DNA of 46,363 bases from Dicyema japonicum (taxonomy: Eukaryota > Animalia > Dicyemida). Shown here one piece after another: positions 11,373-23,935 of the stretch; the first letter of the stretch is position 1, and each line of letters opens with the position of its first letter. Where the stretch lies: contig RDEW01000093.1 in NCBI GenBank assembly GCA_011109175.1, positions 1-46,363 of the forward strand, given 5' to 3'. The notes under the pieces were generated by a model. That model did no database searches and was not told where the DNA came from. It worked only from the letters and a program-made list of their open reading frames with translations. The position numbers were made by a program, and so were the translations under genes.

Positions 11373-13111
11373 ACTTTCTTGTAAACGTATGTTCATATGA
11401 AAACTTGGCGACTGTCAGCTACCACAAGATGGTTATTGCGACTTAACCCTGAAAATCATGCCATCAAATACTAGAATACCAAAAATCACGAATTTGAAAA
11501 AATCAGAGGCGACTACGCGACTGAATGGCTTATTTACCAACCGGAGACTACTGAAAGATATCAACAATATATTCAGATTCATATGCAGGACGTATTGCGG
11601 ATACCTCGTAAGAAGACGCCTGAAACGCACAAAGGATACCATCAACGAAGCTGCTGAGGCATGTCTTGGCAAAAGGGAGAATAGTAAATTGCTCCTAAAG
11701 GCTATTCATCCATAAATTACTGAGCTTGCGAAAAGTTTAAAAGAAATAAACATAATAAAATTAAATGCCACTGACGCTAATACGAGAAAGCCCTTCAGAG
11801 CGAAAGGCGACGTGTCAGAAGAAAATTAAAAGGTCTGAACAAGAAGCTTTTCCTAGAAAAAATTGCTTCATGTATAGAAGAGGTGAAAAAGTAAAAGACA
11901 ACGCACAGGTGTACGTCGCTGCCCGTTTGCGGCCGCGAACAAACCGAAGTCGACTAACCATACAGACGAGAACAGTAAGATGATACTGAACACTGAAGAA
12001 CAAACTGAAGCCATCGCGGCTCACTTTGAGACACTTTTCAACTCAAATTCATAGACCACACCCATTTGACCTCAAGAGATACCAATCACTGCCGACAAAA
12101 TCAAAACGGCTTGCCGAAAACTCAAGAATAACAGTAGTCCTGGATCAGACAAAATAGATTTCGAATGACTAAAATACGGACCCCACTGCCTGTATGACAA
12201 AACTGCAGTACTACTAAATGGAATGTTTTCTACCAACTGCACTCTAACTTTGGGTCGGAACTACTAATCTCCACACAAAAAATCATCAAAACCAGTGGAC
12301 CGCTCGAAAATTCGCGACCCATAATACTATAATTTCATTACGCGAAATAATGGCAAACATTGTGCTTGAACGAAAAAAATGATCTGCTTACAAATATCTA
12401 TTAGATAGTCAAAGTGGTTTTCGAGAAAGAAGATCTACAACTGATGCGGTTGGAATCACAGATGGAAGTGTGCAACATAACAAATATACCGTAATGGCAC
12501 AAATATTATGAAAATTGACCTATTAAGAGCTTTTGAAACGGTTAACAGGAAATGGTTTCTTACTGTGAACGGAGAGAAAAAAGAACTCACAGAGATAAGA
12601 AAAATGAGTAACGTCCTAGAAAAGAAGTGACGGCAAGTAAAGAAACTCGGTTCACTTATGGGAGATAGCGAAGATTTTTTACGTTGGAAAATTCTAGCCA
12701 ATGCTACGATATATAAACTGAAGAATCTATAGCTCAATCAACGAAGTATCAACACGAAAATGAGAATCATATTATACGACTCATTCATAAAACCCGTACT
12801 TTTATATAACGCTGAACTTGGGCGACCTCATCAGCGGATATGGAAATACTAGATCGTTCCATAGAGGTCAGTTGAGAAAAATTACAAGAACTACTTGGCC
12901 TATGAGAATATCGAGAAATGCTTTATATAAGAGATGCAGCACTAGACATATCAGCTTAGAAGTACTGGAATCCCGATGAAAGCTCTTCGGACACGTGCTG
13001 AGGATGGAATTAACATCCCCATCGAACATATCTATGGAAACATACTATGTTAGTCAAGAAGACCACTATCGTGGAAGACCTAGAACAACAAAACCAATAG
13101 TTTTACAAAAA

Positions 13112-13309
13112 TAATAATAAAGCCTTTTCACGAGAACCATAGTATTTATAGCTCCGCATAGGCAGGACACACACTTTATTTAAGTAAAGAACAGTTAATT
13201 TTAACTAATAGTAGAACCAAGGAATGATCTTTACTTCTTTTATTCTTTTTCTTGTGTGAATGTCCATCTAGACAATCAGTTCCGCAGTGAGTTTCAACTG
13301 ATGATGGCG
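13112..13309 (-). mobile_element. 198-bp RTE-like 3' end nested in the RTE, with 10-bp TSD
   Basis: tttacaaaaa at 13102-13111 and 13310-13319. Removing the insert rejoins the RTE C-terminus (PIVLQKD). The insert ends on the minus strand with the RTE-type stem-loop and (TTA)n. Confidence 0.75.
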
Positions 13310-13489
13310 TTTACAAAAAGACTGATCAATATCAAAAGTAATCTAAAAAATGCCGACGAACTGGACAATATAAAAGCTTTGGCTAGGAACAGGAGATCAT
13401 GGAAAAGGATGACATCTAACCTTGTTTCTTTTGCTGCACATGCAGGGGCTATAATTACTATGGCTCTCGTGAAGTGCTTAAATAATAAA

Positions 13490-14270
13490 TAGCTTGATTC
13501 ATATAGAAATTTTTGTGTCAACTTCTGCATGTATCCCTACTTTGAGTTTTTTTTGAGAATACACACTTGCACATCCTTTTATGACTGACATACCCTTTTG
13601 AACTTTATTTTCTAGACAATTTGCTCCACGTTCTTGTGGTTGTCTGTTTTCTTCTTCCATCCTATTCTATCCCATCCTATTCTATTCTACCTATCTATTT
13701 TATGAATTTTCTTGTTAATAATGCAATTTTGTGTCGTAATAACCAAGAATCATTATAATGACAAAAAATCTGGGCACGAAAGAAGAACATTAGGCATCTC
13801 CTTAGTAAGGTGATTCCAATGACGCCATCAATGGAACGAAGATAAATTTTTAATCAATTAGCCACATATTACCACATGACACCACGTGGATAAATAATTG
13901 GTAAAAAATAGTGACTTTTTTATTTTGCCATTTTAATTTTTTTGGGAAAACTATAAAAAAATTCAAAACGTCGCGCTCAGAACAATTACTTTATGTATCA
14001 AATCAACCCCAATTGATCATTTTCACTGGTAATCAAAATCCTTCCCATTGCAATTGGAACTGAGACTTCAAAACTCCTTCAAGAAATCTGAAAATTACAA
14101 ACATGTGATCTAAAGGAGAAAGTGGACATAAAATGAAGCTTGAATATAAACATGTGACATTAAGAACCCATCTAAAAAGACATATCGGATGATAATGTGC
14201 TAATAATTAAAATCGAATATATTCTCTGAATGTTTGGAATATTTGAATATCTTTGTTCACTGTATGATTT
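13490..14270 (+). repeat. Segment duplicated in inverted orientation at about 20100-20625 (that copy lacks about 13830-14175 and the RTE)
   Basis: Long colinear matches, e.g. atagaaatttttgtgtcaacttctg, aagaatcattataatgacaaaa and aaaagacatatcgga; 10801-10829 matches the reverse complement near 20590-20620. Confidence 0.8.
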
Positions 14271-14559
14271 TTTGTAGAACACAAGCACATACAAGTGATA
14301 CCATATGGAAATACACCGCAACAAGGAAGCACGTTTTTCTGAAACGACCTATCTTAGTATTGCGTTTTTAAGTCTTAAGTTCTTTTTACATACAAGCGAT
14401 CCCGAGTTAATTACTTAATCCAAAAAAGCTTTTTCAAATATTTTTATTTCTAACTAAAACAGAAAGATCTGATTATTTTCGAAATTGCTTTATTTTATTC
14501 AAAGAAAATTATTTTCTAGAAGAAATTGAAAATGACAATGATGCAGAATTCACTATTTC

Positions 14560-14840
14560 TATAAGAAGATATAAAGAAAATATTACATATTCTAATAATA
14601 GGCAATTGGGAATTGACAATCTTTTTAATAAAATTTAATTAGTTTTTGTTTCTGATGGAATATACCGGAATTATCTGAAATTTTCATTGTGGCTATGACG
14701 GTGTTCTTCTGGTTCAATCAATTTAAAAGCAAAAATTGTTGCTTCATTCTTTGAATTTTTCAACACACCTTCAACGTTTAGAATAATTATTAACAATTTT
14801 CTTTAATTCATATATTGATTTAAATTTTCAAATTTAGCCT
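14560..14840 (-). repeat. Unidentified multicopy element or gene relic (copy 1 of 3)
   Basis: Matches 21160-21840 and 42420-42600: aagcaac..t.t.tgcttttaaatt..ttgaac.agaa..ca.cgt.atagcca.aatgaaaa and ctaaac.ttgaaggtgtg. Confidence 0.6.
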
Positions 14841-14870
14841 AATCGAAAATTAGTAAAAAAAATGTAAATT

Positions 14871-15297
14871 CCACTTTCAGTGACCTTTTGAAAATAAATC
14901 GCTTTAAACTTATATAGATGATAGGATAGTAGCTTAATGGATCCATTTTTGTTTTTCCAGGTATTTCTAACATCACTAGAATGGAAATCATCCAGATATT
15001 AGAGACACGTCCAAGTTTTATGCTCACACTAAATACATTACGAAGAATCCTAAATATAATTTTCATGTCTTCTTAAACGTCGTCATTCTTGATTTTTACT
15101 TTATGGAGCTCTGTTTTTGCATTCTTTAAAACTATTTTCTCACTCTGGAAAAAAGTATATAGTTCACTCCATGACTGAGTGAACAAACATTTCTCTATAT
15201 TTTTAAGTGAAACTTGTTAGAGCATGTAAACCAACACACCGTGGGCATCTCTTCGTTTCTATATAGAACCTAGGGTACATAATCTTGGAATAACCTT
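14871..15297 (-). mobile_element. Internal Jockey-like RT fragment flanked by 29-bp direct repeats
   Basis: LRNVFSVSIKLGRVSNIW..ILVMLEIPGKTKMDPLSYYPI matches the RT N-terminal block. Repeats atcgaaaattagtaa(a/c)aaaaatgtaaatt at 14842-14870 and 15298-15326. Confidence 0.65.
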
Positions 15298-16249
15298 ATC
15301 GAAAATTAGTAACAAAAATGTAAATTTAAAAACTTTTTTTTAAATAAAAAAAATTTCATGAACTAAAAGTTATACCAAATATGACTATTTTTGTGGAGTT
15401 TATCACATTAAAAAATTGCAAATTTGTAAATTTCGGATTTATTTTTTTTAACAATATCAATTTATCAAAAGATTATTTTCCAAACGACGCTAGATACTTT
15501 CAAGCCACTAAATTTTTTAATAATTCTGGATATACACAAAAAAGATTTTATCCAATTCCCATGGTCAGAGTGAGACGCGCATGTCCATTCATATTCGCCA
15601 TTTATGGAAACTCTTCATTAGAGTGGGGAAGAAAAAATCTTCTTTAAGCACTGACTGTCTTTTGAGTTAGATTGATTACATGACGTTTCTTAAAATTGAT
15701 GAATGCAAAGAACAGAAGGGAATCCTTTGACCAAGTAGATAACATGAGCCAACTAAATGAAAATAGACAATTTTGATAATCTTTAAATATCCTGAATGTA
15801 CACACACTGTTTATAGTTTTTCCATTGGGGATTCTAATCCGAAATAATAACGTAGGAGACCAGATCCAAAAGAGCTTGTATAGGATTGAAGGAGAAGCAT
15901 AAACCCAGCTGAGAGCCTGGATCGAATTTTTCGGGATCACTTAGTTTGTCTTTTCGTTTTAGCGGTGGTCGTGAAATAAAGATTTTATTTGGTTTGAACG
16001 TTAATCTTAATGTTTTAATTTTCATTAACATCGAGTTAGTGTTTCCTGCATAAAAAACATTAAGAAAATAAAAAATTCTCGTTTATTTTGAATCACTAAT
16101 TTCGCATAAAACTATTATGCTTGAAAAACATTTAACACTTATCAGCTTCCCCTGCCTTTTTTGTTCTCTCAGCGGGTCTTGGACGATGCTATATGCTGGA
16201 ATTCTTTCAAAGATTTGCAAGTGTCATCTATCTAACATCGCTGTGCCCG

Positions 16250-17105
16250 TTTGTTGTCGGAAGCGTCTTCCGAGAGCGGTGATTGGCTCAAAGTCATTCC
16301 CAAAGGAGTTCTGGGTACCTTCCTGGATGATGAATGCGTTCGTATTGGAACTCATTGCAACTGGGATTTAAAGTCTGTGTCCTATATCCGTGCCGATGCG
16401 GAGACCAGATTGACTGTTTTGGTTTACACCCTCTCTTCTGCAAGAACAGTGCAGGCAGATTTCCCAGACACATGGCCTTGAACGAATTCGTTAGGCGAGC
16501 TTTGGACGCAGCCGGACACCCCTCCATGCTCGAACCAGTCGTTCTTTGCAACCGGGAAGGCAAACGACCATATGGAATGACAATAATTCCTTTTGAAGCC
16601 GGAANNNNNNNNNNNNNNNNNNNNNNNNNNNNNNNNNNNNNNNNNNNNNNNNNNNNNNNNNNNNNNNACCAGATCGACTGTTTTGGCTTACACCCTCTCT
16701 CCTGCAAGAACAGTGCAGGCAGATTTCCCAGACACATGGCCTTGAACGAATTCGTTAGGCGAGCTTTGGACGCAGCCGGACACCCCTCCATGCTCGAACC
16801 AGTCGTTCTTTGCAACCGGGAAGGCAAACGACCATATGGAATGACAATAATTCCTTTTGAAGCTGGAAAACCTCTTTTCTGTCGCACCGACACGTTTGTC
16901 TCAACCTGGAGCCTGTTCTGCCATTGAGAAGGCCGAGAAGATAAAACGGAAAATGTACCCAAGGGTTTTTTTGTTCTATTCGCCGTTGAGACGTCTTGTT
17001 CCCTTGCGCTTGCGACGCTGGAATTCTTAGTCGTCTAGGGAATCGGATCGCTACACGAACAGGAGACCCTCGTGAGCGGTGCTGGCTATTTGAGCGAATA
17101 TGATA
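16250..17105 (+). mobile_element. CRE-clade retrotransposon 3' part (partly duplicated across the N gap)
   Basis: Motifs SGDWLKVIP..LGTFLDD, CRCGDQIDCFGLHPL.C, SAGRFPRH, LEPVVLCNREGKRPYGMT and TGDPRE. Confidence 0.82.
16605..16667. other. Assembly gap (N run) with the same sequence on both sides
   Basis: Run of N; about 16405-16604 is repeated from 16668. Confidence 0.95.
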
Positions 17106-17829
17106 AAATCCAATCGAAAATTACTGATATATAAAACGAGAAGCCCAAGACTATTTCAGAACCTGCTAAAAGTAAATGGGGAGATGTGCAAGAGTTTCAG
17201 TGAGGTATGTTATCGCCAACCACTTTTTAAATCAAATTTTCAAAAATAGTCGATGTAGTATGATATCTTTGAATTTTGTTCAGTTAATTCGTTGTGTTCC
17301 TACATTCTTTTAAGGTAGTAATGCTTTGTTCTTTACATCATCAAATATAACTATATGGTTTGAAGCCGGAACTCTAATATAGATTATACATTAATCTAAC
17401 TCTTCCTTTAAATAAAAGAAAATCAGGTTAATTAGTTATCCCCATCGACTTAGTCGACAAGGTGGTTCGCCTCATGGTAGCTTTATTGATCAACTTGAAG
17501 AGCCCATTGGGTTTTGCAGACGTCATCTGAACGTTGCCATACATTCCAGTCTCTTGAGGAAGGATAAATATTTCCTACTTAATATATTTCTTTAATCTAG
17601 TAATTTTTGTATGTTAAATCAAATAGAATTAGGCATTTGTTGTAATAGAGATACAGCATCACCTCAACCTTCCGATTACTTGTCTAATTGGTCAAGAAAC
17701 TTGTTATTATTATTACCCCCAGGATTATTGTGTCAAAAAGAAAAGTTGTCCTAATTAATTGAATTTTGAATTATTAGACAATTTTGTTAAGAGAGCTCCA
17801 GAGATTGGCCGACTTATACACTTATCATA

Positions 17830-19389
17830 TCGGACAGACTCAGCCTTAGTTTAAGGAAACGATATCGTTTATTTACCCACAGGCGTTCAGCAGAGAGACC
17901 CTCTAGGGCCTTTGCTTTTTGCACTGACAATTGACACAGTGGCACGAAACATAAACTGTGAACTCAACCTGTGGTACTTGGACGACGCCACAATAGCTGG
18001 CCCATGGGAGAACGTATATCAGGATATTTCTTCAACCATTCCAGCTCTAAACGAATTGGGTTTAAGTGTCAACGTTATGAAATCGGAACTGATCAATATT
18101 TCCTGCTCATCTCCAAACTTTTCTACTGCCTGCCAAGAATTCAGATCCCTACTTCCAGGTTTCAGCATATCCTCCTTGGACAAGGTACACTTCCTTGGCT
18201 GCCCTCTCGGAAACGACGAGTTGGAAAAATGCCTTACCAGTAAGAATAATGAAGTTGAAGCCTTTACAAAGAGAGTATCATCTTTGGATCCACATGTGTC
18301 TTTCTTCTTGCTCAGGAAATGTATTTCCGTGTCGAAGATGATGTACATTTTGAGATGTTCACCATGTTTTGAACACCGGAATGCACTATTGTCGACTGAT
18401 GGGACTCTGAAACGATCGGCGGAGTCAATACCGAATCTCAAATTCGATGATCTAAGCTGGACTATGTTCAAACAACCTACGAGTAATGGGGGAATTGGAT
18501 TGAGATCCCCCCTTGAAGCCTGACTACTTTTCATCTTTTGTGAGTTGCTGTCGTTTTGCCCAATCAGTCCTACGTAACGCAACCGGACATACCTTGGTAA
18601 GTTGTGGGGTGAGTTGGACTTGGAATTCCTGTCAAACTTCGCTTGCCAGAAGTGTTGGGACTCAATCGCATGCATGAGCACTCTGGAGGCCGCAAAGAAA
18701 AGCGCCAACCAACACCGACTAGCAAGCATTAGTCGACCGCACATCGCGGAAATGGAGTCTGGCTTGAGGCCTTACCTTGCCCGCATCTGGGGACCCTCCA
18801 TGACGAAAACAGCCTGAGGATCGGAATGGCACTGCGTCTAGAATTGGACATATGCCAGAGACACAAATGCCGTTGCGGCGGGGACGTTGATACAGAAGGC
18901 TTACATTCACTCTCTTGCTGACGGAGTGCTGGTCGAGCCCCGCGCCACGCAGCCCTCAATGACATCATTTTTCGAGCCCTCAAGGCTGCGAGATTTCCGG
19001 CTCAATTGTAACTATTGGGCTTAGACAGAGGCGACGGGAAGAGGCCGGATGGAATGACGTTATTCCCATACTCCCACGGAAAATCACTCGTCTGGGACGC
19101 AACGTGTGTGGACACCTTCTCAGGAGCCAGATTGCTGACGGCGACGCACTCTCCTGGAAACGCAGCCGACCAGGCGGAGGTCAAGAAGATCCATAAGTAC
19201 GAATCCCTCGGAGACCATTACCATTTCGCTTCCATTGCTGTGGAGACAACTGGAACTGTAAGCGCGAAAACTGACGCCTTTCTCCACAGCATTGGAAGGA
19301 AACTCGACTCAAAATGTTGCGAGCCACGGGAAGGACTCTGGTCGAGGCAGAGGTACAAAATGGCGATTATCAGAAGTAACACCTTCGCC
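17830..19389 (+). mobile_element. 5'-truncated CRE-clade retrotransposon (RT 3' half plus RLE), several stops and frameshifts
   Basis: Motifs GVQQRDPLGPLLFAL, WYLDDATI, FLGCPLG, GGIGLR, CRCGGDVD..GLHSLSC, GKRPDGMTLFP, WDATCVDT and AVETTG. Confidence 0.88.
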
Positions 19390-20010
19390 ATTATTATTAT
19401 AAGCACTTATCGCTATGTCATAGAACTTGACAAAGCATGTGCAACACGAGTTAGCAAATCACTGGTTAGTTTCATTTACTTCCTCCTATTCAAAGCCGCA
19501 GTGCGCAACCAGTCAAGATCCTTTCCACTTCGAAGATTCCGTCCAATTGCTTTGAGGTCCTCTTCGAAAATGACTGCCAGTGTCGTCCTTAAGCGACCAT
19601 GGAAATGGGAGGCCTCCAACATGAAGTAATCCTCCATGGCTCCGTTCGAGGGGGCATCTAGGTCCACTTGCAGAATATGGCCGAAAAGCCTTCATCGTAT
19701 ATCCAGAATCTCATTAGAAATTTCTGAAATCTTCGTCTTCTTATAAAGAAAATTAGATGACATCCTCGTATCACTTCTTTCGAACATTATATGCCGTAGT
19801 TGGTTTCTATGAAACGCATTAAGCCTCTTCAGTTCATTTCTTGAGCAGGCCCAGGTACCAGCGTTATACAGCAGTATGGGTTCCATTAGCGCGTTGTATA
19901 TTCGAGTTTTTGTCATAATGTCAAAGCCCTTTTTGTGGAGCCAGGTGTTCTTTAATCTGGAGAAGGCTGTTTGTGCTAAAGTTTTCCTTCAATAAAATTC
20001 TTATTTTTTT
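19390..20010 (-). mobile_element. 5'-truncated RTE element abutting the 3' end of the CRE copy
   Basis: Motifs KTRIYNALMEPILLYNAGTW, RLFGHIL and GRLRTTL; terminal stem-loop and (TAA)n tail at 19390-19442. Confidence 0.85.
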
Positions 20011-20959
20011 TTAATTTTGGAATTTGGATTGAATAACATATAAGGCCATGTGATTTTGATAATATGAAGTAATTTCGAAAATAATCAGATTTTTTTGTAT
20101 AATAAAAATATATGAACAACTGAGAAATAAAAATATATAAACAAGCTTTTTTAGATTAAATGAAGAAAAATATTCAAATATTCCAAACATTCCGAGAATA
20201 TATTCGATTCTAATTATTGGCACATTATCCTCCGATATGTCTTTTAAAGGATCATTGGATTCACCTCACTAAGGAGACGCCTAATGTTCTTTTTTCGTGC
20301 CCAGATATTTTGTCATTATAATGATTCTTGGTTAGTACCACACAAAAATTCATTATTAACAAAGAAATAAAAAAATAGATAGAAAAGGATAAGGTAGAGA
20401 GAATAAAATATAATAGGATGGGATAGAGTAGAATAGAAGAAGAAAACAGACAACCACAAAAGTGGCTAAATCAATCTAGAAAATAAAGTTCAAAAGGGTA
20501 CATCAGTCATAAAGAGATGTGTAAGTGTGTATTCTAAAAAAATTAAAGTAGGGTTACATCCAGAAGTTGACACAAAAATTTCTATATTAATTAAGCTAAT
20601 TTTAAGATATTTAAATTTTATGATCTTTATCTATTATTTATATACAACAATCAATTTATATTATTTAATATTCCATTAATTATCTAGATTTTAAAGCAAT
20701 ATAAAGTCTGGATTAAATTTATGTAGTTGTCTAATTCTCTCTTTATATAAGAACCTAATATATAATCATGACATATTTTTTTGGGTTTTGAGATTTCTGC
20801 CAAGTTTCTTACTTTATCTCGCTCGGGTAAAGTCCCCGTCATTGTTAGAAAGTTTTGCTTAGGACTTTATGGGTGTTCGTGCTTCTCGATTATGGCTTGT
20901 TTGCAATGCCTAGTATAGCTGTAACGCTTCAAAGTTTGAACTAGTTAAAGTTATATCCG

Positions 20960-21850
20960 TCTTTTGGTACCTAATGGTGCTTATTGAACGCAGGTTTTTT
21001 TATTTTATCTTTTTCAAGTAATAGTGCACAAATAGTTGCTTTTTAAACTTCATTTTGTGGACATATCAACCGAAAAATTTAAGGAATTGGAAAATGGTTT
21101 ATTGCTAAATTTGGAAATAAAAAATCAATATATGAATTAAAGTAACTTGTTATTAAATTTTCTAAACTTTGAAGGTGTGAAACATAGAAATAAAATCAGC
21201 AAGAATTTTCCCACTCGTTTTTACATGTTAAATTATTTACGCTACTCTCTTTTCTGTCTTTAATAAATGTTTTAATTGCAATTGTTAACCCAGATAGTGT
21301 TAACCAACCAGTTCTACTGAAGAAGGAAAATCCCTGTTCAATATTTAATTATAAGATGTTTGAATTGACTAAAAAAACTTGGATGCTTTATAAATTAAAA
21401 AGAAAGNTTTGTGGACATATCAACCGAAAAATTTAAGGAATTGGAAAATGTTTTAGTGCTAAATTAGGAACGAAAAAATCAATATATGAATTGAAGTAAG
21501 TTGTTACTAAAATTTCTAAACTTTGAAGGTGTGAAACATAGAAATAAAAACAGCGAGAATTCTCCCACTCGTTTTTACTTGATAAATTATTAACGCTACT
21601 CTCTTTTTTGTCTTTAATAAATGTTTTAATTGCAATTGTTAACCCAGATAGTGTTAACCAACCAGTTCCACTGAAGAAGGAATACCCCTGTTCAATATTT
21701 AATTATAAGATTTTTGAATTGACTAAAAAAACTTGGATGCTTTATAAATTAAAAAGAAAGCAACTATTCTCTGCTTTTAAATTTGTTGAACAAGAAAACA
21801 TCGTTATAGCCAGAATGAAAAAATTCAGGTGATCCCGGTCTCCCTCAACA
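20960..21850 (+). repeat. Unidentified multicopy element or gene relic (copy 2), with an artefactual duplication around n21407
   Basis: Homologous to 14560-14840 (minus) and 42420-42600 (plus); about 21050-21406 is repeated after the n. Confidence 0.6.
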
Positions 21851-21878
21851 GTCTTTGCATGCTCGGATTTGAATGTGA

Positions 21879-22056
21879 CGTCCAAGGGGAACTCCTCAGG
21901 AGGGTTGTCGACTAATAGTCCTTTTTGGATATAATTTTAGATTATATCTGGCGCTACCAGAGATGATGAACCAATTGACGCACATTAACAATTTGAGCTT
22001 TCTGGATCCAAAAGAGAAGAGAAGGAACAGAAGAATCAAACAAATAATTTTCCCNA
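21879..22056 (+). mobile_element. Solo LTR, 3'-truncated by the Tc1-like element
   Basis: cgtccaaggggaactcctcaggagggttgtcgactaat...ctggcgctaccagagatgatgaacc matches the complete 45375-45583 copy. Confidence 0.6.
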
Positions 22057-22800
22057 TTGCAATTACTAAAGACAGTTGCGAGGAAATGATTCAGAGATCG
22101 TATCAAATGACAATTCACTTACAATGATGGAAAATGAGATATTCAAGAAAAAAATCAAAAAGGTGTTGGTGACAACGACATCTGAAAAAATCTACATGCA
22201 AGACAATTTTTTTCGCAAATCATAATTCACTTCGGAAATAGAAACATACTATTTCTAGATAAAATCGGATTTAATTTACATACATCGATAAATTATGGGT
22301 ATTCTCCCATTAACATTTAACCAACATTATATCATCCTGCATCAAAGGGACAAAATGTCTCACATTGTGGGATCATTTCGGACACAAAAATAGAAGATTT
22401 CGAACTTAGAGATGGAGCTTATAATCGGAATCGGCTACTAAATCTTTTGATTAAAAGTAAAATAAATGAAATATTAAGACACGAAACCGTGATTGTGATG
22501 GATAATGTCAGATTTCATCACTGCGAAAAAATCAAAATATTTTTAAGAAGAGAAAATGTTGAGCTACTATATCTACCACCATATAGTCCAGACCTCAATC
22601 CTATAGAAAATGTTTTTTCTACAATTAAAGCAAAGCTGGATAAGATACGACCACGTGCTTCAAAGAGGGATGAATTGAAAGCAAACATTATGAGTATTTT
22701 CAATACTCTAATTAATGAAAAAGATTCTTTCGCCAGCAAATGTGCAGCAACGTGGGACCTTATAAACAGAAGTTTTAGAAGGCAAAATAATTAATTTTTT
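22057..22800 (+). mobile_element. Tc1/IS630-like DD34E transposase, C-terminal two-thirds, decayed
   Basis: ILFLDKIGFNLHTS..YGYSP and VIVMDNVRFHH...LLYLPPYSPDLNPIE, with 34 residues between the second D and the E. Confidence 0.87.
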
Positions 22801-23099
22801 TATGATTTTTTTTGTTATTTTTGATTTTTAAAAATTAAAAATTTATATTAATGAAAACGAAATTTATGATAATGAATACGCAATTTATAATAATGAAAAA
22901 CCCTGTAATATGTCACAGGCGTTGAAAATGCAGATTCNTTTTTGATTTTTAAAAATTAAAAATTTATATTAATGAAAACTAAATTTATGATAATGAATAC
23001 GCAATTTATAATAATGAAAAACCCTGTAATATGTCACAGGCGTTGAGAATGCAGATTCCGTATAAACCTTTTACTGCAGAGTTTTTTGCGTTTTTGATA

Positions 23100-23935
23100 A
23101 TGTTTTCGGCATCATTGGTGCTAATTACAATAGGTTTCCATGAGAAGTGAAACGTTTTTTCAATATACATGGACAGGAGAATTTGTTCATGTTGATTTGA
23201 CTCACTTTTGAATAGAGGTCCATTATGATATCTACCTGGTGATCGAAATCACATGGGGATAGATTCCTGTCAATATGGGTGGCGTAGGTTGTGTCCATTC
23301 TATTTTGCGTGATTGAACATACGTATGAGTATATCACAACTGAATATCCAATTTCCTCTTGTTGATTAACTCTTTTCATTGTTTAGGCTGGATAGTTCTG
23401 CCACAGGGATTCTTGATTTATTTAGTCGGCGTTTGGTAGGAATCTTTGTTAATTTCCTTATTGAAGTTAGGATTTTAGACTTTTTTGATGTCTCTTGGAA
23501 TTTGACTTTTATTAGCATTCAGGATAATTATTGAAAAATTTTTCACGGAGGCATCGAGTGAATTGAAGTTCTCTACAGAAAACACTGCCAGAAATTTTAC
23601 TGTAGGAAACGATTCCATTTTGGGACGTTCGTAGTTTATTATGGTTTCCGATGTCTAACAATAAGCGAGAGTAGTTCAATCGAAAGTCAAACTACTAGTT
23701 AACTCCATCTCTGACGCCATTTCTGACGACTCGTTACCACGTCCCGCAAACGGTAGAGGTCTTTCCCGTCCTTGAGGCATCTCCCAATTACCTTTAGGTC
23801 TTCATCAAGGACGGTTGGTAGGGTCGCCCTAGATCGATCATGTAAACGCGGAGCGTCCAAAACAAAGTAATCCTCTATGGCCACGGGTTCCCATAGTCCA
23901 GACGAAGTATATGTCCAAACAGCCTCCATCTTGCC
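23100..23935 (-). repeat. RTE C-terminal fragment plus unknown sequence, duplicated at 41677-42152 (plus), where about 210 bp are missing
   Basis: ARWRLFGHIL...TLPTVLDEDLKVIG; colinear identity with 41677-42152 apart from about 23345-23555. Confidence 0.75.

Larger units (their letters stand above)
10830..13489 (+). mobile_element. Full-length decayed RTE-clade retrotransposon with 6-bp TSD TAGCTT
   Basis: ATG at 10856 (MSKKQG..LKFLTFNAKRL, APE start); RT motifs SPGSDKI, RPITII, SQSGFRE-RST, KPVLLYNAE, LFGHVLR, RGRPRTT; (TAA) tail. TAGCTT at 10824-10829 and 13490-13495. Uninterrupted paralogous site near 20590 on the minus strand. Confidence 0.9.

Noticed and set aside
13298-13330. CTGATGA hammerhead-ribozyme core
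   Set aside because: No downstream GAAA or stem II/III; the motif sits at the 5' junction of the nested insert.
13655-13700. CCTAT/TCTAT repeats as telomere-like sequence
   Set aside because: Short degenerate microsatellite inside a duplicated segment, not a telomeric array.
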